From Macrostomum lignano (lineage: Eukaryota), in NCBI GenBank assembly GCA_002269645.1, contig NIVC01001148.1, positions 1-64,000 of the forward strand: a stretch of DNA of 64,000 nucleotides. Reading direction: 5' to 3'. The position numbers were made by a program, and so were the translations under genes. The notes below the pieces were generated by a model. The model searched no databases and had not been told where the DNA came from. It saw only the letters and a list, made by a program, of their open reading frames with translations. Below are positions 59,301 through 64,000 of the stretch, one piece after another. Positions within the stretch are counted from its first letter, which is position 1. Every line of letters starts with the position of its first letter.

Positions 59301-62293
59301 AGATGCTTCAGTGAGTGGTTTCATAGGATGCACCGGTGCGTACTCTTTTTCTTAAAGAGTACTTTTAAGAAAACCTGACTGCCAGTTTCTCTAACTTTTT
59401 CAGTCTTTGCACATCCGGGAACTTATTGAACCCCCTCGAACTTCAGCTAGACTTCTGCACTCGTGAACCAACTTACAACAAACGCTACGAATATTACTCG
59501 TACATATATATTTATTAATTTATTAATTCGTTGTCAGGAGACACGATAATCAATATCCTAAATAACTACCAAAATGAGTGACCGTTTCAGTAGGTCGAAT
59601 TTTTACTAGCTCCAAAAATTCATAAATTCGAAATTTCACATCCTCTAAAACTTTGATACTTCCGCTAGCCAACAACTTGAACGATTTCGTCGATGTAATT
59701 TAATATTTCGTGCTTATAAAGTTTACTGTCTTCGATAGTGAGTTTTCAAGTCTGTGAAAGAAATCGTGTTTAAGGTTAAATATCACACAGAATGTTACAC
59801 ATTCATTTTCGTATCTGTATTGGAAGCTGGTATTTACTTATAAATATGGTCAAAATAGCCCATCGGTTGTGTCTACTGTCTGTATATTGCTGCTTTGCAT
59901 CATAGTGACTCGCGGCAAAGGGCAGTCTGCTTAATTGCAGTGAATTAGCGCGCTTTACAAGAGTCACCGTATTTGGACTAGAGACTCCGCTTTCGCATGA
60001 TTTCATCTGATAGCAGTAATTCTCTACAGAAAAAGTGTTTTCAAGTGGAAATCAAGAACGTAATGCCTAAGTCCTTTCATATCGTCTAAGTTTAGTGCAA
60101 GATCAATTCTATACGTTATTACGAGTCTCACAGATCCTAAAACTTTTACTTCTACTCGTAAAGCGCCATAAAACAGGAATGCAATTTCTATTTCACCTAC
60201 CCCGTTTTCCCACCAAGTGTTTGGAGTTTTTTAATTTGCAGACTTTCCAAAAATTTCAGCTTTAATTTATTATACTACTTGCTGACGATCAGTAGAATAA
60301 TACGACTTACAAGTTTGGCCAATGCGTTTTTTTATTTTTATTTTTATGTAATATGCATATAACGCTATTGGTTTGTACCGCTCTAGATCTTTAGTCTTTA
60401 CTAAACTTTGTAAAAAATATCAATGGTTTATGCAATGCAACCTTTCAGGTTCATATTTGCTTTTCTGAACCACCTGTCCCAATTCGCGGATGAAAACTTG
60501 ATGGATTCCTACAACCTGTCGATTTGTCTAGCGCCTTCCTTCCTTCCCGTGCCGCCTAACCGCGACCCAGTGATCTACCAAGGTTCTATCACTCACCTGA
60601 TGAAGCTAATTATTGAGCACGAGTCCGACATCTTTGTGCGCAAAGACGTGCCCGGGCCCATCTACCGTAAAAGAATGGAAGACGACTTCGATGTGGAAGA
60701 CGAAGAAGAGCAGTCCGTTTGCTCCGAGATGGGTGAGTCAAGGGGTTCTCTAGTATGTGCAGGAAGGCGCTAGGCTTTTACCCCAACACCTGAAATCTCT
60801 TCTGCGTTTGCGGAATGGAACTGGAAATCTAGAATCCGAGTTCAGCTCACGTCCTAACATGGGAAACATCTTGCGCGCGATTTCGCTACAGAATTCTAGG
60901 AAAAGAAAAACGCGAATACAAAACTTTAGTCTCTCAAATCCTATTTTATGCAATCGTCTTTTCAATATTCATTTTTACTCATTTTCCTTACAATGCAAGT
61001 CCACCGTATCATTCTGTTACTTGCAATCAGTTGAATCTGTTTGCATAATATCAGGAAAGGCAGCATATTTCACCCTTTCGATATCTAATAACAAGCGCTT
61101 GGTTTGTGTTTCCAGAGCCTGAGAGCGGCTACATGGTAGCGGCCAAGTACTCATTTGAAGCGCGAACATCACGCGAACTCAGTTTCAACAAAGGGGACGT
61201 CCTCACTGTAGTCAGCCGCCTTACCGCCGAGTGGCTGCGTGTTGTCAATGCCTCTGGTAAAGAGGGCCTAATTCCCGATGCATATGTGGCCAGGCTGCGA
61301 CACTCGTCTACAGAATCTGAAGCGCTTGCAGCAAACACTCAGCAGCCGCAACTACAGCAGCCACAGCAACCTGAGCAGCAGCATCCTCAAAGTCAGCTGC
61401 ACTCGCAACATCAGCATCAGACACCTCAGTGCCCTTCAGCTGCACCGAAAGCTACCCACCCGTCACAGATCGTCCCATCAAACGTTGAGAACTCAAAAAC
61501 GCCGAGCGCAGCGACGGTTGGTTCCACTGAGCAAGCACCCAAGGACGTATCCCAGATTTCTTCAGACACAATACTACAAACTGCTCAAACTGCACCAAAA
61601 AGTGTGCCACAGACCGCGACTGTGTCCATGCCGCAAGCAGAGCCGACGTCACAGACTTTTGCAAAATCGATTTCATCTTTGACTGACGCAACTGGCAACA
61701 TCAGTCCAACTAACCATCAGTCAGCAAGTTCCTCATCAACAACTGTAACCTCTAAAGCACCACCTGCTCAACAGAAAGCAACACCCGCAGTGGAGACAGC
61801 AGTATCTACGGCTTCAACGTCTTCAATATCACCATCGTCGCCATCTTCAACTGTTGCATCGGCATCAGCGGCTTCATCGGATCAGGATATGCAGAGCATC
61901 GATCAGGCTTTGCAAGAAGTAATCGCTGGCCTTGAGCTCCTTACATACGACACGGAGTCTCCTTATGCCGATCCACAAGCACTGCTTACAGCCAAAGTGC
62001 AACTTCCAGCGGCCAAGCGGGCTCCAGATCTGGTCTCCGATCTGCCCGAATCAGCTGCCGACCGCTTTGCCCTTGAGGGCCACGCTGACACGCTGCGTGT
62101 GCGGCGTTGGCCGGAGCCACCTCAGTCAACATTGGTGACAGCGGGGTCATCACCACCAGTGGTAGCAGAATCCGGCGCTGCCTCTTCGGCAGTAGTTGCG
62201 CCAGCTGAGTTGCCGGGCTCTGCGCCCTTGTCAGCCAGCGGGACCCCTGTAAAGCCGCCTAAAGTTGCACCTAAGCCGAAGTTTTGCAAGTAG
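45532..62293 (+). CDS. SRGAP: srGAP-family (SLIT-ROBO RhoGAP) F-BAR/RhoGAP/SH3 protein; coding exons 45532(or 45562)-45616, 54405-54979, 56050-56333, 56540-56835, 57164-57548, 57662-57931, 60449-60732, 61116-62293
   Basis: MKKDALFDLESKIK|ELRVQLAEQQ (F-BAR start), RRRAEIEEQYSKDL, KALRERNEYLLQL, RPRLFGGS, GVFR|VPGS (arginine finger), LKCYLRDL, NLMDSYNLSICLAP, SH3 AKYSFEARTSRELSFNKGD..EW..GLIPDAYV. All GT-AG junctions were checked and are phase-consistent. Confidence 0.93.
45975..50438. mobile_element. Foldback element with about 600-bp arms made of about 215-bp tandem subrepeats, interrupted by HINE copy 2
   Basis: ATGTATTGGTTTCC..CAGACAAACATTCAGAAA at 45975 and its reverse complement ending at 50438; repeated CTTCACAAGCTGAGATATTCCCTAGCAATGGTTGTTA on the left, inverted on the right. 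Confidence 0.72.
46663..49281 (+). mobile_element. CT-rich HINE-like element, copy 2
   Basis: Colinear with 16644-19095 at both the 5' about 300 bp and the 3' about 1.2 kb; CT core differs in length. Confidence 0.75.
50516..50878. mobile_element. Palindromic element carrying a short Merlin/ISXO2(IS1595)-like transposase scrap
   Basis: About 85-bp inverted arms (CAATATTATTCTCAAGTTTGAA..); the centre translates MELGGARQTVEVDKSKF, resembling the GG..VEIDESKF motif. Confidence 0.45.
53961..54035 (+). repeat. 21-bp tandem repeat (TCAAGTCATTATTTTCAAAAA-like, about 4 units)
   Basis: Directly visible. Confidence 0.7.
58204..59438 (+). mobile_element. Full-length mariner (DD34D) element in srGAP intron, transposase disrupted
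   Basis: TIR (TA)CGAGGG..TTCAATAAGTTTCCGGGTGCACAAA / TTTGCACATCCGGGAACTTATTGAACCCCCTCG; motifs WVPPHL, IVSGDEP, HHNTQPH (HDNARPH-like), HQPYS..VPCDFFMFPQIK. Confidence 0.9.
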
Positions 62294-63406
62294 ATCAGTT
62301 TCGACTCGTCTCAATTGGCGCTTCCATATATTTTTTACTCCGAACTAATTTGATTTGCCCTATTATGCATGTACATTATCAGTACGTCTGAAATATATAT
62401 CATATTTGATAAATTGAAATTTCAATTCTGCAACAAAACTGATGTGAATATTATCCTGTGTGGATTTTTCATGACCTTGGCGTGGCCATTTAAGTTTAAA
62501 AATAATTATCGCTAAGAGAGTTCGCAGGAGATTGCTGTTGTATCATTCTGGTGCAAATTAGGGGCTAGTAAATTACTCGTAGTATGGCCTATGCGTGCCA
62601 GCTTCATTACTCCTTGCGATTGCAACAACTATTAGAAAAATAACAGCATCGAGTGGGGTCAGTATGCATCATTATTGACGCAGATTTTGTTCAACATTGA
62701 TATTTCAGTATTGTTCCATATATTTTTGAGTTTTCACACTTATTCCCGTGTTAATAACATCCAGTCATGTCAATCTCCCTCGCATGTTTCAGTGTGCTCT
62801 GTTTATCTGCCTTGTCATTGCCGCATGCAATTGCAATCGCATTATTATTGCAGGAGCATCTATTATTTCACCTGTTTTACTCTTAATCGTACCGTTCGTT
62901 CATGCCAATTACACTGTGCACTGCAACAATTTATATTTCAATAATTAGTGTATTTGCATACTTTTTTACACGATGAGCATTATTATGATTGCTATTCGCT
63001 TCACGTTGTGACACCCAACCCAACTAGATCTGATGTGCTACTTGTTCTGCTGAAGTTCACACTTCAATATTTATTTTCTGTCACTAGCTAGTCCTAAAGT
63101 TTTACTATCTGATAGTTGCTTTTTTAAAATGTATATTGTACTTTTATTTTACAATATTTGTGATTTTTTAACCTATGCCAGATGCAAACAAATCTCTGTT
63201 TATGTCTATAATTATAACTGGCTGGCTTATTGTTGACAGCTTTACTTTCTTGTCCGTGCGGATGTTGCTGATGTCTGTACTTCCCTAGCCTATGCACAAA
63301 GTCTGCATATGCGAGTGATTTTCAACTGATTCGCTTTGAGTGCATCTATTTTTCTCTAAAATTTTATAATGCAATTTTTCTTCGCAATATACTATTGCTT
63401 ACATTA

Positions 63407-63802
63407 TTATTCAATTGACGGAAACTCGTTCGAGTCTTGATCATTTCGACATTCGGAAATATTTGCATGGGTCTTCTGGTGGTAACTTTGGTGGCAGTGC
63501 AAAATTCTGTTCTTTTCCATCCCAGTGGGGCCCGCAGAGGTTAGACCTAGTCGGGACATATGGCCCCAGGTTAATTCGGCCATTAATCCACTGTGGTATT
63601 GTTTTGCCTGAAGGTGAACGGATGGCTCCCTAGGCTCTTGTGCCCCAGTCACCAGAACCCCCCCCCAGTTACTGTTCGAGTTGCCAATCAAGGTATGCGA
63701 AGCGGAGCTTGTTTCTTCAACTGTCTGCCAGAAGTCGTTGGTTTCTTGCCCCCGAGGAGAATCGGAAAAAAGAGAAGCAATATCGCTGCAATGCGGCCCC
63801 AA
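63407..63802 (-). CDS. Possible terminal exon of an unidentified minus-strand gene convergent with srGAP
   Basis: 131-codon open frame of ordinary composition; no recognised domain and the acceptor is not defined. Confidence 0.25.
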   Translation of the reverse strand: MGPHCSDIASLFSDSPRGQETNDFWQTVEETSSASHTLIGNSNSNWGGVLVTGAQEPREPSVHLQAKQYHSGLMAELTWGHMSRLGLTSAGPTGMEKNRILHCHQSYHQKTHANISECRNDQDSNEFPSIE

Positions 63803-64000
63803 ATGTTGCTAATGTCTACAATGACTGGAACAAACTCCTGCATTTCTCCCCCTATTGTCCATCGTGTTTGCCCATATGCTTGCAACTTCCTGTGCGTATG
63901 CTATTTTCGCTCGAAGCTAATCATTTCGCAAAGAGACGCTGGTAAACTTAACTTCGAGGCATTCGATTGATACATCTACGGCTCGTATTCTGTACCTACT

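Noticed and set aside
1-64000. tRNA, rRNA or snRNA genes
   Set aside because: No convincing A/B-box cloverleaf or known snRNA/rRNA motifs found by eye; tRNAscan-SE and Infernal were not run, so small RNAs (for example intronic snoRNAs) cannot be excluded.

Overview
Eukaryotic (very likely invertebrate animal) genomic DNA with GT-AG introns; the species cannot be named from this sequence. Host genes: a GT31 beta-1,3-galactosyltransferase-like gene (-, disrupted by a 7-bp tandem duplication), APRT (-, 3 exons), a PAN2 gene that appears to encode only the WD40+linker half (-), a single-exon SS18/SSXT-domain Q-rich gene (+) and an 8-exon srGAP-family F-BAR/RhoGAP/SH3 gene (+). The rest is heavily nested transposon DNA: a full-length Ingi-like LINE, a young full-length Gypsy LTR element with a -1 frameshift pseudoknot and a 1.29-kb tandem duplication of its 3' end, an internally deleted Gypsy, a BEL/Pao fragment carrying a probable solo LTR, three copies of a CT-rich Helentron-derived (HINE-like) element, two Tc1/mariner elements and several foldback elements/MITEs. 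The most striking object is the first 260 bp of the Ingi-like LINE. It begins exactly at the target-site duplication with an HDV/CPEB3-like self-cleaving ribozyme whose P1 helix appears split by two hairpins into a perfect four-way junction and whose P1.1 is A-U. A virus-like 2A StopGo peptide (LLLLRAGDVETNPGP) and two PHD fingers follow, ahead of APE-RT-RNase H. All analysis was done by eye; no database searches or folding programs were run. Some frameshifts may be assembly indel errors.
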